This document shows, piece by piece, positions 1 to 9,164 of a DNA stretch of 46,005 nucleotides (positions are counted from its first letter, which is position 1; the number at the start of each line of letters is the position of its first letter). Source of the DNA: a virus (taxonomy: Duplodnaviria > Caudoviricetes); the IMG/VR virus record IMGVR_UViG_3300042821_000034, positions 1 through 46,005 of that record; one strand, 5' to 3'. The notes beneath the pieces were generated by a model that was not told the DNA's origin, made no database searches, and saw only the letters and a program-made list of their open reading frames with translations. Both the position numbers and the translations under genes were made by a program.

Positions 1-126
1 TGCGTGTTCCATAAGTTCCTCTTCGTTGGGATGGGCAGTGACCGCCGTGTCGGGGGCGACACGGCGGCCGGACGCGCACGGGCGTGCAAAGGCAGGTTAA
101 GTGCCCGCGCGCGTTTTACGTTTGCC
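1..126 (+). repeat. Terminal direct repeat, left copy (probable assembly overlap)
   Basis: TGCGTGTTCCATAAG...TTTACGTTTGCC is identical to 45879-46004; the next base differs (G127 vs A46005). Confidence 0.95.
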
Positions 127-342
127 GACCGGGACCGCCTTCCGCATCGGCCACAGATGGTCCGGTGCGATCAGGTTGCGCAGCTTCAGTTCGCCTTGGA
201 TCAGCAGATAGGTGTCGGCGGGGAATTTGTTTTCCGTGCGCCAGTTGTAGACGCCGTTCACCGATGTGCCGGTGAGGGTGGAAAGCTCGGCGAGACCGCC
301 GAGTACATCGATGACGTCTTCTGTCGTGTTCAGGTTTATCAT
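97..342 (-). CDS. Cro/YdaS-like HTH transcriptional regulator
   Basis: 81 aa; 'VIDVLGGLAELSTLTGTSVNGVYNWRTENKFP' matches the Cro-like pattern (GG..A.A..LG.S...V..W...IP). It heads the minus-strand accessory operon across the circular junction. Confidence 0.8.
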   Translation of the reverse strand: MINLNTTEDVIDVLGGLAELSTLTGTSVNGVYNWRTENKFPADTYLLIQGELKLRNLIAPDHLWPMRKAVPVGKRKTRAGT

Positions 343-355
343 TCGTTATCCCTAA

Positions 356-400
356 CTCAGATTTATTGAGTGAACAAGATTGTTATACAGATTATCTGAG
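356..400. promoter_or_regulatory. Two imperfect 15-bp palindromic operators in a divergent AT-rich promoter region
   Basis: CTCAGATTTATTGAG (356-370) and TACAGATTATCTGAG (386-400), 30 bp apart; consensus CTCAGATwATCTGAG; directly upstream of the Cro-like gene. Confidence 0.6.
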
Positions 401-429
401 ATATGCTCTGCTGATTCGAGGGGCACGCC

Positions 430-522
430 ATGATGCACATCCTAATACCCGTGATCTGTGAGGTGCTTATCGTGCTCACCGGCGTGACCGCCGCCGCGGT
501 CTACATCTACTGGAGTAATTAG
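430..522 (+). CDS. 30-aa single-TM microprotein (not in ORF track)
   Basis: MMHILIPVICEVLIVLTGVTAAAVYIYWSN; GAGGGG SD upstream; hydrophobic core. Confidence 0.55.
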   Translation: MMHILIPVICEVLIVLTGVTAAAVYIYWSN

Positions 523-523
523 G

Positions 524-607
524 ATGGACTATCTCGCAGCCGTGGTGACGGTCGGCCTGATGCTGCTGATCGTGGTGGCGATCAGAGACCATCTAAGGTT
601 GAGTTGA
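524..607 (+). CDS. 27-aa single-TM microprotein (not in ORF track)
   Basis: MDYLAAVVTVGLMLLIVVAIRDHLRLS; GGAG upstream; starts 1 nt after the previous stop. Confidence 0.55.
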   Translation: MDYLAAVVTVGLMLLIVVAIRDHLRLS

Positions 608-634
608 AGTTGAAAACCTGAAAAAATTTTTGGG

Positions 635-3600
635 CTAGCCACCGGCTCCAAAGGACATCGGCATCATCATGCCGCCGCCCAGGCCGCCGCCGAAGTCGAA
701 GCCGCCGCCACCGCCACCGCCGAAGTCAAAGCCGCCACCGCCACTGAACCCGCTGCCCATGCCGCCCCAGCCCCAATTGTTGAGGGTGTTGAACGGGATC
801 GGCGACAGGCTGGAGGCGCCGAAGGGCGACCCCGTCGCGGTGGTGTCGAGCAGCGGCGTCGAGAAGGTCGAGGTCTCGATCGCCGGCAGCATGCCGGCCA
901 TGGCGATGCTGCCGCCCTGCGAGGCTGGCGCACCCGGCGTGAAGCCGCCGGTCGGCAGGCTGGCGAGGCCGGAGGGGGCCAGTGACAGTCCGCTGGCGCC
1001 GCCGCCTCCCGGATTCTGGGCGGGCGGCGCTACCTGGGATGGCAGTACCGGCATCGCCTCGGGCGGCACCGGCGTCATCGAGGGCGCCCGGCTTTCATCC
1101 TTGAAAGCGAATTCGAACGCCTTCGCCAGCTCCGGCGGCACCGTGGGTTGCTGGCCCTGCGGGTGCTGGCTCTGCTGTAGGGCTTCCTGCTGGTGCAGGG
1201 CCTCGGCAGCGGCGTTGGCCTGGTCGACGGTGTCGTACTTGCCGAGGTGCCGTCCGGTATCCTTGTAGCGCTGGAACGCCTCCTCGTTGGACATGATTCG
1301 GCCACCCTCGGCCGGGACCGAGGGGACGTTCACTTCCTTGCCGCCGTCGTTGAAGCCGAGCGTCCGTACGGTTGAAATCGAGCCGTCGGCGTTCTGCACC
1401 GCCGGCTGACTGCCGACGTCGAAGTTAGGCTTCCTGTCCATGCCCAGCCGCTCGCCGAGCTGTCGTTGCCCCTCGCCGCGGACGCCTGGCGGGCCGTACC
1501 GGACCGAGCTTTGGCCGCTGTTCAGCTCGCGCAGGGGATAGTCAGGCGTTCCGAAGGGGACGCGCGCAACCTCGGTTCCGCTTCTCGGATCAGCTGGATT
1601 GATTACCGGCATCGGCGCCGGGACATCACGCCCGCCATATTCGAACCTGTCCAGCTCCGGCATGTTGGACTGTATCGCCCGTGTGCTGGCAGATTCCGCG
1701 GGCGTGTTCATGTTCTTGAACTGCTCCGAGGTTATCGACGGCGTCGGCGAGAGCCGTTCCTTGATGGCGTCGAACAGCCCCACGTTTTGCACGCCGCCCT
1801 GACGCGACTGCGCGCTGATGTCGGTGGCCCCTGACGTGCCGAGGTCGCTGCGCTTGCCGAGGTTCTTCGGCGGGCCTTCCTTGATGGCGTCCTGGAGCTG
1901 CTGCGGGGTGATGCCGGCTTTGCTCAGGTTCTCCTTGGTCAAATAAGGCCCGATCGTGTCCTTTAGCTCGGGATTGGTGAGCAGGGCGCGGGCGGTCTGG
2001 CTTCCGTATTTGTCCGGCAGGAACGCCGCCATGCCGGGCATGATCTTCTGCGCCAGCGCGCTGACCCTGCCGTCGAGGACGGCGTGTGCCGGGTTGACCG
2101 GGGCCGGAGGCGGCGCAGGTGGCGGGGGTGGCGCGGCAGCCCTGGGCGGGGGTGCCGGCGGCGGCGTCATCACCGCCGCCGCCGCCGGCGGCGGCGCAGT
2201 TGCTGAAGGAGGTGCTTGCGCCGCCTGCGCCGCAGGCGGGGGTGCTACCGCCTGCGGTGGTTTGATTTCGTTGAGCTTGGCCGCGCCCTCATCGTAGAGC
2301 GTGGTAGCTGTGGTCGCCACCTCGTTGGCGGGGTCCTGCAGGCCGCCGACACCGGCCACCGGCACAGCCGATGCGCCCTTGTCGAACACGGATGCGGGTT
2401 GTGCTGCGGTTGGCCCCCTCTCCGCAGGTTGCGAAACCGTGCCGGCGCCGCCGCTGCCGGGGACGCCCTTCTCGGCCAGGTAGCCGCTGACGGCATCCCG
2501 CATGGTGGAGGTCGCGCTGCCGACGTCCTTCGGGTTGGCCGTGGGCGCCTGCGCCACCTGGGTCTGCGGATTCTTCAGCGCGGCCTCGGTCTTCTTGTGC
2601 CACTCCTGGATGTTGCGGACGTTGTCGGGGCCGTGTTCGTCGGGGCGGATGTCCTTGCGGAAGAACTGCGACCCGCCTTCCGAGGTGAAGGTGGGGGTGG
2701 AGTTGGTGCGCGACTTGGCCGCCGTGCCGCCGGAGGCGTAATCGGTCGCCAGGTTGGTGATGTTGCTGCCGGCGAACGCCTTGTCCTGAAGCGCGTACAT
2801 CTCCGCTTTGAGCTGCGGGTTGTTGCGGATCTCGGCCAGCCGGGATTGGAACTTGGCAGGGTCCTTGACCATGTAATCGGCGTGGTAAGCCGGGTCCATT
2901 GCCTTGGCGAACGGCTCGCCGCGCGAGTTGACCCGGTTCATCATGGCCTCGGCCACGCCTTGGCGGCCTGCCGCCGAGCCGTCTTCCGCGATCATGATCG
3001 CGGCCATGGTCTCCCGCACCGACGGGTTGGCGTCGGCGATCGCCTTGTAGGGCGCGCGCTGATCGGCCAATGCGCCGCCGCCACCGGCGCTCGCCTGGCC
3101 GCCCGGCAGCAGCTCCGACGGCACCAGGCTGGCGGCCGGGGCGTTGGCGACCTTGGTGTCGGCCGGCCGCGTCCGCGACTGCGATGAGAACTCGGTCGAC
3201 CCTGACGTCCCCTTGGTCTCCAGGCTGCTCTGCGGGCCGACGCCCTTCGGCGGCTCCGCGGTCAGCTTGTCGGCCGGTGTGGTCTCGGTCGGTGACGGCC
3301 AGTTGGTCCTGGGGTCGGCCTGCGCGGGCAGGCCTTTGTCCCAGGCCGGCGTTGACGGGCCGGGCGGCGGCGCATCGCGCGCCGCCTTGATGATGGACTG
3401 GCCCTCGTCTTTGTGCCGATCTCCGGCCTGGATCTGGCCGTGGCCGACGATGTTCTCCTGCTTAATGTTGAACTGCCGCTGCAATTGCGGGATCAGCTTG
3501 GCCGCCGACGCGCGCTGTGCCTCGTTAGGCTCGCCGCTGCCGACCGTCGAGATGCCGATCGCGTTGGAGTTGGAGATGTCGGGGCGGTCACTGCGTTGGC

Positions 3601-4465
3601 CGGCGCCCGGTCCCTTGACGTGGTTGGTGCGCGCGTCCAGCGGCGCGCCCTGGTACACCTTGCCGTCCTTGTCGATGTAATAGTGGTAGCCGAAGCGGCC
3701 GCCGCCGCGCGACGGGTCGCCGCTCTTGGCGGTGTTGAGCGCGCTCTCCAGGCTGTCGCCGCCGGTCCAGTGGGTGACGATCGAGGTGAACGGCTTCGGC
3801 GGTGCGTTGCCATACTTATCGCCGGGGCCATAGGCCTGGTGGATCTCCACGTCGCCAGGTGCCGTCGAACCCTTTTCGTAGCCACGCACGGCCCCGCCGG
3901 GGGCGTTTTCGTGCATGTAGGCCACCGCGGCCGGAGACCCCGGCGGCAGCTTGGAGGCGTCGAATCCTGGTTTGAGGCCAGGGATGGCGTCCGAAGCCGC
4001 CGGCCCGCCTTCCGCACCCATCGGCGGCGCGATCGGTGCCGCCCTGCCTTTACGGACGTGGTCGGCTATCTTGGCGCCGTTGGCCTGCTGTGCGGCCTTA
4101 TTCTGCTCCAGGTACTGCTTCAGCGCGCTGCCCTTGGCGTTGCCGAACAGGCCGCTCAGGACGCTTCCCAGCTCGCCGTCGTTCTTCCATACGCCGTGTG
4201 TGGTCGACGGCGTCCGGCCCGGGGCCAGCATCGGCGCCTGCAGCGCGGGGGTGTCCTTGACGTCGACGCCCTTGGGGCCTTTGACCAGATTGTGCAGCAG
4301 CTCAAGCGTCTGGCTCGGCGGCGTGCCCCTTGGCACAACGCCAAGGTTGACCCCGAGGGCGTGCAGGGCGGTCGCGGTGTCATCGCCGAGCAGCGGCGCC
4401 TTGCCCTCCAATATCTTCTGCCGGGTGCGCTCGCGCTCGATCGCTTGATCGTCCATGTAGGCCAT
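635..4465 (-). CDS. Large internal virion/ejection protein with an N-acetylmuramoyl-L-alanine amidase (Amidase_2) domain and a SleB-type (Hydrolase_2) cell-wall hydrolase domain
   Basis: Amidase motifs 'SIVTHWTGG...GYHYYIDKDGKVYQ...NSNAIGIST...IVGHGQI...HKDEG'; SleB-like 'MAAIMIAEDG...QGVAEAMMNRV...GSQFFR'; Pro/Ala/Gly linkers; last gene of the late operon. Confidence 0.8.
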   Translation of the reverse strand: MAYMDDQAIERERTRQKILEGKAPLLGDDTATALHALGVNLGVVPRGTPPSQTLELLHNLVKGPKGVDVKDTPALQAPMLAPGRTPSTTHGVWKNDGELGSVLSGLFGNAKGSALKQYLEQNKAAQQANGAKIADHVRKGRAAPIAPPMGAEGGPAASDAIPGLKPGFDASKLPPGSPAAVAYMHENAPGGAVRGYEKGSTAPGDVEIHQAYGPGDKYGNAPPKPFTSIVTHWTGGDSLESALNTAKSGDPSRGGGRFGYHYYIDKDGKVYQGAPLDARTNHVKGPGAGQRSDRPDISNSNAIGISTVGSGEPNEAQRASAAKLIPQLQRQFNIKQENIVGHGQIQAGDRHKDEGQSIIKAARDAPPPGPSTPAWDKGLPAQADPRTNWPSPTETTPADKLTAEPPKGVGPQSSLETKGTSGSTEFSSQSRTRPADTKVANAPAASLVPSELLPGGQASAGGGGALADQRAPYKAIADANPSVRETMAAIMIAEDGSAAGRQGVAEAMMNRVNSRGEPFAKAMDPAYHADYMVKDPAKFQSRLAEIRNNPQLKAEMYALQDKAFAGSNITNLATDYASGGTAAKSRTNSTPTFTSEGGSQFFRKDIRPDEHGPDNVRNIQEWHKKTEAALKNPQTQVAQAPTANPKDVGSATSTMRDAVSGYLAEKGVPGSGGAGTVSQPAERGPTAAQPASVFDKGASAVPVAGVGGLQDPANEVATTATTLYDEGAAKLNEIKPPQAVAPPPAAQAAQAPPSATAPPPAAAAVMTPPPAPPPRAAAPPPPPAPPPAPVNPAHAVLDGRVSALAQKIMPGMAAFLPDKYGSQTARALLTNPELKDTIGPYLTKENLSKAGITPQQLQDAIKEGPPKNLGKRSDLGTSGATDISAQSRQGGVQNVGLFDAIKERLSPTPSITSEQFKNMNTPAESASTRAIQSNMPELDRFEYGGRDVPAPMPVINPADPRSGTEVARVPFGTPDYPLRELNSGQSSVRYGPPGVRGEGQRQLGERLGMDRKPNFDVGSQPAVQNADGSISTVRTLGFNDGGKEVNVPSVPAEGGRIMSNEEAFQRYKDTGRHLGKYDTVDQANAAAEALHQQEALQQSQHPQGQQPTVPPELAKAFEFAFKDESRAPSMTPVPPEAMPVLPSQVAPPAQNPGGGGASGLSLAPSGLASLPTGGFTPGAPASQGGSIAMAGMLPAIETSTFSTPLLDTTATGSPFGASSLSPIPFNTLNNWGWGGMGSGFSGGGGFDFGGGGGGGFDFGGGLGGGMMMPMSFGAGG

Positions 4466-6849
4466 CAGAACCTCCTCTCGGTCCCGAAGGCAGTGTTCGC
4501 GATCGGTGCGCCGGAGGTCTGCGAAGTGCCTCGCGTCAGGATCTCAGCAGCGGACTGAAGCGCCGGGTTGATGCCGTTGCGGTACAGATAGGGTAGCGCG
4601 GCACCCCGGATTCCTGCCGGAACGGCCGCCGCCGTCGCGCCTATCGCGCCGCTCGTCCATGGCGATGCGCCGGCCAGGTGGGCGAGCGTTCCCGCTATTC
4701 CGCCGGTCACGCCGAGGCCGCCATAGCGCAGGCCCTTCGTCAGCATCTCCTTGCCGCCGGAGGCGATCGACCCTGTCCCCTGCCAATCATTAACCCTGCC
4801 GACCTGGCCGGCCACGGTGCGCAGGTCGGCAACGTCGGCAGCCAGCTGGGTGCCCGGCGTGAACAGCAGCGCGCGGGCTTCCTCTGGCATGACGTTGAGC
4901 GCCGTCGCGATCCTCTGCGGCGACCCGCCGGAATCGTTGACGATCTTGGCCAGCACGCCACTGCCGAGGATCTGCCGCTGCTCCGGGTTCATCGCCGTGA
5001 CCATCGTATGCAGCGTGTTGATGTTGGTGCCAGTACCGCTAGTAGTCGCGGAGTTGTAGGCCAGGTTGACGATCGCCTCTGGCCGCTCCAGCATCGCCTC
5101 ATCGATCTGGCGTTGGTTTTCGGAGAGCACGCGCTGCCGCTCGACGTTGCGGTTGAATATCTCCTCGCGCGGCCGGTCGTAGCCGCCAGGAGACCATGGC
5201 TGTTCTGGCGCCGCGCCGGGTGCCGCACCGGGTGGCCGCACCGACCCGACCGAGGTCTCGGTGGCCGGGGCCAGCTGGCCGCCTGTGTTCTGCTCGGCAA
5301 GACGCGGCGCGCCGACGGCCGTGCTCGAGCTTGAGGGCGCGATCTGCGGCGTCACGGCGGCCTCGACCTGGGCCGGCATGGCCGGGATACGAGGCGGCCC
5401 GCCAGGGATGGGCGCGTCCGGTGCGGCGCTTGCGGCGCCCGGCGGCATTCCCTGCGGCGCTCCCGGCACCACAGGCGGCGCAGCATCGGCGGCGTCGGCG
5501 GCGCGCATGATGGCGCGCTGGTCATCACGCAGCGCACGGTAGACGTTGCCGAGCCTGGCGTCGTCCACTGGACGCGGGATGTTGGGCGGCAGATCCAGCT
5601 TGTGCCCGATGTCGGTTGCCAGGTTAGAGATCTCCTCCCAGGACGAGCCGCCGCGCTGGCCCCATGGCCCCTGTGTTGCCCCAGTCGGTGGCGGCCGTGC
5701 GCCTACCCTTAGCGGACTTTCCAGCCCGGCCGTGGGGTTGGGTTCTTCGAAACCGCGGCGCTCGCGCACCATGTCCCTGGTGGTGGCCCGCGTCCCCGGC
5801 ACGTCGTAGCGCGCACCCGGCTGCAACAGGCTGGCGATCTCCTCGCCGAGCCGGGTCTTCTCAACCTGCGCGGCGTCGATCGACGCCTGCAAACCGGGGT
5901 GGACCTGATAGCCAGCCGAGTATGGCGCGATGGCGACTTCGGGGGCGCCGGTGCCGCGCACCGCGGTGTTTGCCGCGGCCGCGCCGGTGTCGGTGACGCC
6001 CTCGTTCCAGGCCTGGTTGACCGAGGAAGACGGATTGGTCTGCGCGTAACGCCTGCCGGCGGCCTGCACATCCGGGTTCGACGCGCGGGCGAAGAACGGC
6101 AGGTTGATGCCCATCCGCTCGGCGGCGGCGACCACATCCGGCACCACCTGCGAATACGGCCGCAGCGTGCTCATGAGCCTGTTCAATGGACCGGATACGA
6201 CCCCGGTTGCGAACGCATCCTCGCCGCCGCGCACGCCGGCTTCCTTCCAGCCCGCGCCCGTAGACAGGTCAGTGTTGCCGCCGCCGGCGCCCCGCACGCC
6301 GCTGACGAGCATGTCCACCAAGGTGTTGGCGAGCGCACCCTTGTTCGGCTGTGCGGCGGCGGCCATCACCGTGCCGGCGCCCTTGGCGATCGTGTTGCCG
6401 ATCGGATGGGCGGCGTCGGACTGCGCGTTGCGCGATCGCTCCATCTCCAGCCCTTCGGCGTAGGGCCGACCGCCCAGCGCCTCCGGCATCAGCGAAAAGG
6501 CGCCGGCGTTGATCCGATCACCCCAGTCGCCGATGATCCCACGGCCGATGGTGCGCGGCAGCTCGTTGGCCTTGCGCAGAAATCCGAGTGCGCCGCCCTG
6601 CTCATCGAGCTGCTTGTTCGCGATGTCGTATTGGCTCGGCGCGCGCGGGACCGCCGGCGGGTACTCGCCAGCACCGCTGATCGGCGGCGACGGCGCTCCC
6701 GGGGCGCCTGCCGCCGGCGGTGCGCTGGTGGTGCCAAGCTCCGTGCCGCGCAGCACGCGGTAACGTTCAAGGTTGGCCTTGAATTCGGGCGTGTCCTTGT
6801 TGGCTAGATTGCCCTGCAGGTATTGGTCGAGGTCATCGATCTCTGCCAT
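4465..6849 (-). CDS. Internal virion (DNA ejection) protein
   Basis: 794 aa, Ala/Gly-rich, with a Gly-rich hydrophobic C-terminal segment (GGLGVTGGIAGTLAHLAG...AIGATAAAV); position in the ejection module; coupled to the next gene. Confidence 0.65.
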   Translation of the reverse strand: MAEIDDLDQYLQGNLANKDTPEFKANLERYRVLRGTELGTTSAPPAAGAPGAPSPPISGAGEYPPAVPRAPSQYDIANKQLDEQGGALGFLRKANELPRTIGRGIIGDWGDRINAGAFSLMPEALGGRPYAEGLEMERSRNAQSDAAHPIGNTIAKGAGTVMAAAAQPNKGALANTLVDMLVSGVRGAGGGNTDLSTGAGWKEAGVRGGEDAFATGVVSGPLNRLMSTLRPYSQVVPDVVAAAERMGINLPFFARASNPDVQAAGRRYAQTNPSSSVNQAWNEGVTDTGAAAANTAVRGTGAPEVAIAPYSAGYQVHPGLQASIDAAQVEKTRLGEEIASLLQPGARYDVPGTRATTRDMVRERRGFEEPNPTAGLESPLRVGARPPPTGATQGPWGQRGGSSWEEISNLATDIGHKLDLPPNIPRPVDDARLGNVYRALRDDQRAIMRAADAADAAPPVVPGAPQGMPPGAASAAPDAPIPGGPPRIPAMPAQVEAAVTPQIAPSSSSTAVGAPRLAEQNTGGQLAPATETSVGSVRPPGAAPGAAPEQPWSPGGYDRPREEIFNRNVERQRVLSENQRQIDEAMLERPEAIVNLAYNSATTSGTGTNINTLHTMVTAMNPEQRQILGSGVLAKIVNDSGGSPQRIATALNVMPEEARALLFTPGTQLAADVADLRTVAGQVGRVNDWQGTGSIASGGKEMLTKGLRYGGLGVTGGIAGTLAHLAGASPWTSGAIGATAAAVPAGIRGAALPYLYRNGINPALQSAAEILTRGTSQTSGAPIANTAFGTERRF

Positions 6850-6852
6850 GGC

Positions 6853-8451
6853 TCACCGCCCTGTCGGATTAATAAGCAGCGAATCAGAAGCCCTCGTCGC
6901 CGGCGCGGCCGGCGCGGCGCGACGGTCTGTCGTTCCGAAGATGCCGCTCAGGAAGCCACCACCCTCGGGGGCAGTGGTCATGCCGCGCGGTGCGTTAAGC
7001 ACCGCGGCTGGATCGATCGTGACCAGCCTCGGCATGTCGGGGACGATGGTCTTGTGCGCCAGGCCGCCTTCGGTGGCGATCGAGCGGAACTGCTCATCCC
7101 GAATATTCTTGGCTTCCTGGTACTGATCGATGCGGTTCTTCAGCGTTTCCAGGATGTTCAGCCGGGTACGGTTGTCCATGCCTTCGCCCCTGGCCCGCCC
7201 CATCAGCTCGTTCTTTATTTCGTCCCAGGAGCCGGTCTGCCCCACCATCTTGACTTCGGCGTCCCTGACGCCGGTCAGGTCGTCCATGGTCTTGATGAAG
7301 GAATAAACCAAGTCGAGGTCGCGAACCCGGTTGGTCGGCAGCGTGGCGGATTTCGCCACGTCGTTGTACAGCGCGGTGGTGTTAACCACGCGCTTGACCT
7401 CGGGCAGCGCGTCGTACTCCTTGCGGAGTTCGGCTGCCGATATTGGCTCCTTGCTTACAGTCACGTCGGCGTTGGGGTTGACCGGCGCAGCCGGCGTAGC
7501 TCCTGGTGCAGGCGGCGTTGTCGGTGCGGTCGCCAGCTCCAGCAGGCTCTGGTGCTGCGGCGAGATCGGGGTTTCGCGAACGATCTTGATCTGCGCAGTG
7601 TCCCCTGTGCCTTCCCGCACCCGCTTCCCGGGGTAAATCCGGTCAACAAGCTGCGGCACCAGCCGCGCCTGCTCCGGGGTCATGCCGCCGGTCTTGACGA
7701 CCTCCTGCATGATGTTATCGAGCCGCTGCCGGGTCGCACCCTCGTTCTCAAACGGATTCGGTGTCGCGGACGATATTGGGGTGGAGAGGCCGTAACGCTG
7801 CCCTGGCCGTGACGGATCTGACCTCGACGCTACCGCCTGCCCGACCGGCTCATTCTGATCGTTGATCGGTACCCACATCTTAACCGGGTTCTTACTCTCG
7901 TCAGCGCCGATGTGGGTCGGCATCCCCTTGCCGACCAGGAAGTCCAGCTTGGCGCGTTCGTAGGGATCTGCCGGCACGCCGGCGGCCGCCACGTTGCCGT
8001 AGGCGGTTTGCTGCGACCAGTGGCTGGGATCTTTCATGATCGCAGCCTTCTGCCCGGCGACGGCAAGCCTGCGATCCGCCTCTGCTTTCGCCAGCGCACG
8101 GGGGTCCGTAAACTGCCCGAACGGAACATCCATTCCGGCGTTGGGTCCACCGGCGACTACGTCCGTTTTCGACAGCGGCGCGTCCAACATCGCCGGATTG
8201 GAAATATCCATAGCGGTGTATTCGCGCGGCGCTACGGTCGCGGGTGCGGTTGCAGCGTCTACGTTGGCAACCGCCGCTCTGGTGAGTGCGTCCTGCTCTT
8301 GTGCGCGCTCCCGCGCGAGGCGCTGGTCCTTGATGGTCTCGACCATGTGCTGCATCTGTGCAGCCTTGGCCGGCGCGCCCGCGATCGCGCTCATCATGTT
8401 GGTGCCGATCGTGCCCCAGTCGGGAGAGCCGTCAACCCACTGCGAACCCAT
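6853..8451 (-). CDS. Internal virion (DNA ejection) protein
   Basis: 532 aa; 'ELRKEY...DLDLVYSFIKTMDDLTGVRDAE' resembles a motif I recognise from podophage ejection proteins; synteny. Confidence 0.65.
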   Translation of the reverse strand: MGSQWVDGSPDWGTIGTNMMSAIAGAPAKAAQMQHMVETIKDQRLARERAQEQDALTRAAVANVDAATAPATVAPREYTAMDISNPAMLDAPLSKTDVVAGGPNAGMDVPFGQFTDPRALAKAEADRRLAVAGQKAAIMKDPSHWSQQTAYGNVAAAGVPADPYERAKLDFLVGKGMPTHIGADESKNPVKMWVPINDQNEPVGQAVASRSDPSRPGQRYGLSTPISSATPNPFENEGATRQRLDNIMQEVVKTGGMTPEQARLVPQLVDRIYPGKRVREGTGDTAQIKIVRETPISPQHQSLLELATAPTTPPAPGATPAAPVNPNADVTVSKEPISAAELRKEYDALPEVKRVVNTTALYNDVAKSATLPTNRVRDLDLVYSFIKTMDDLTGVRDAEVKMVGQTGSWDEIKNELMGRARGEGMDNRTRLNILETLKNRIDQYQEAKNIRDEQFRSIATEGGLAHKTIVPDMPRLVTIDPAAVLNAPRGMTTAPEGGGFLSGIFGTTDRRAAPAAPATRASDSLLINPTGR

Positions 8452-8465
8452 CGGTCAACCCTTTC

Positions 8466-9161
8466 CTATACTTGCATGCTCGACGCCATGGCGTTGCCAA
8501 GGCCCGTACCGGAGGCGCCGGCCAGGCCGCTGGACAAACCACCCAGCGACGAGCCACCACCATACTGCGTAATCTTGATCGGCTCGACCTGCTTGGCGAC
8601 CTGGTATGCCGCCAGCTGGCCTGCACGTTCATTGCCGGCCAGGCGGATGTCCTGGCCGGAAGCGTTGAGAATGGTGTTGGCGCGGTTGGTCAGACCATAT
8701 TGCGAGCCGCCATAGGACTGCACCGCGGCCAGCGCGGAGATGCGCTTGCGGGCGTCGATCGCGGCCTGCTGGATCTGGCCCTGGATGCCCGCCTTGACGT
8801 CATCCGCGGCGCCCTGCTGGCCGGACAGCATCCGGGAAGCGATCGCGTTCGGATCGCCGTTCGCCATCTTGGCGACGTCCTCGGGCGTCAGCGCCTCCGT
8901 AAGCCGCGCCTGTTCGTTCTCTTGCGCGGCGGTCTGCTTCTTGACGTCCAGCTCACTCAACGCGCCGGTGCGGGCCGCCTCCGCGTTGCGCCGCAGATCT
9001 TCGTCGCGCTTGGTGAACTCCTGCGCCTGGCGGCGCTGGTAGGCCACCCACTGCGCGTTGGCGTTCTCCTGCTGGCTGGCCATCTCCTGCTGCTGCTGCA
9101 TGTTGTACACAGCCATGCCGATGGAGAGACCCATGCCGATGAGTGAGATAGGATCGCACAT
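8466..9161 (-). CDS. Small internal virion protein (T7 gp14-like position, MCDP N-terminus)
   Basis: MCDPIS + hydrophobic N-terminus, Gln/Ala coiled coil, Gly/Ser-rich C-terminus. Confidence 0.7.
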   Translation of the reverse strand: MCDPISLIGMGLSIGMAVYNMQQQQEMASQQENANAQWVAYQRRQAQEFTKRDEDLRRNAEAARTGALSELDVKKQTAAQENEQARLTEALTPEDVAKMANGDPNAIASRMLSGQQGAADDVKAGIQGQIQQAAIDARKRISALAAVQSYGGSQYGLTNRANTILNASGQDIRLAGNERAGQLAAYQVAKQVEPIKITQYGGGSSLGGLSSGLAGASGTGLGNAMASSMQV

Positions 9162-9164
9162 GGC

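Noticed and set aside
1-126. Terminal repeat as a biological T7-like DTR or att site
   Set aside because: Its length fits an assembler k-mer overlap, it cuts through coding regions, and no host flanks are present.
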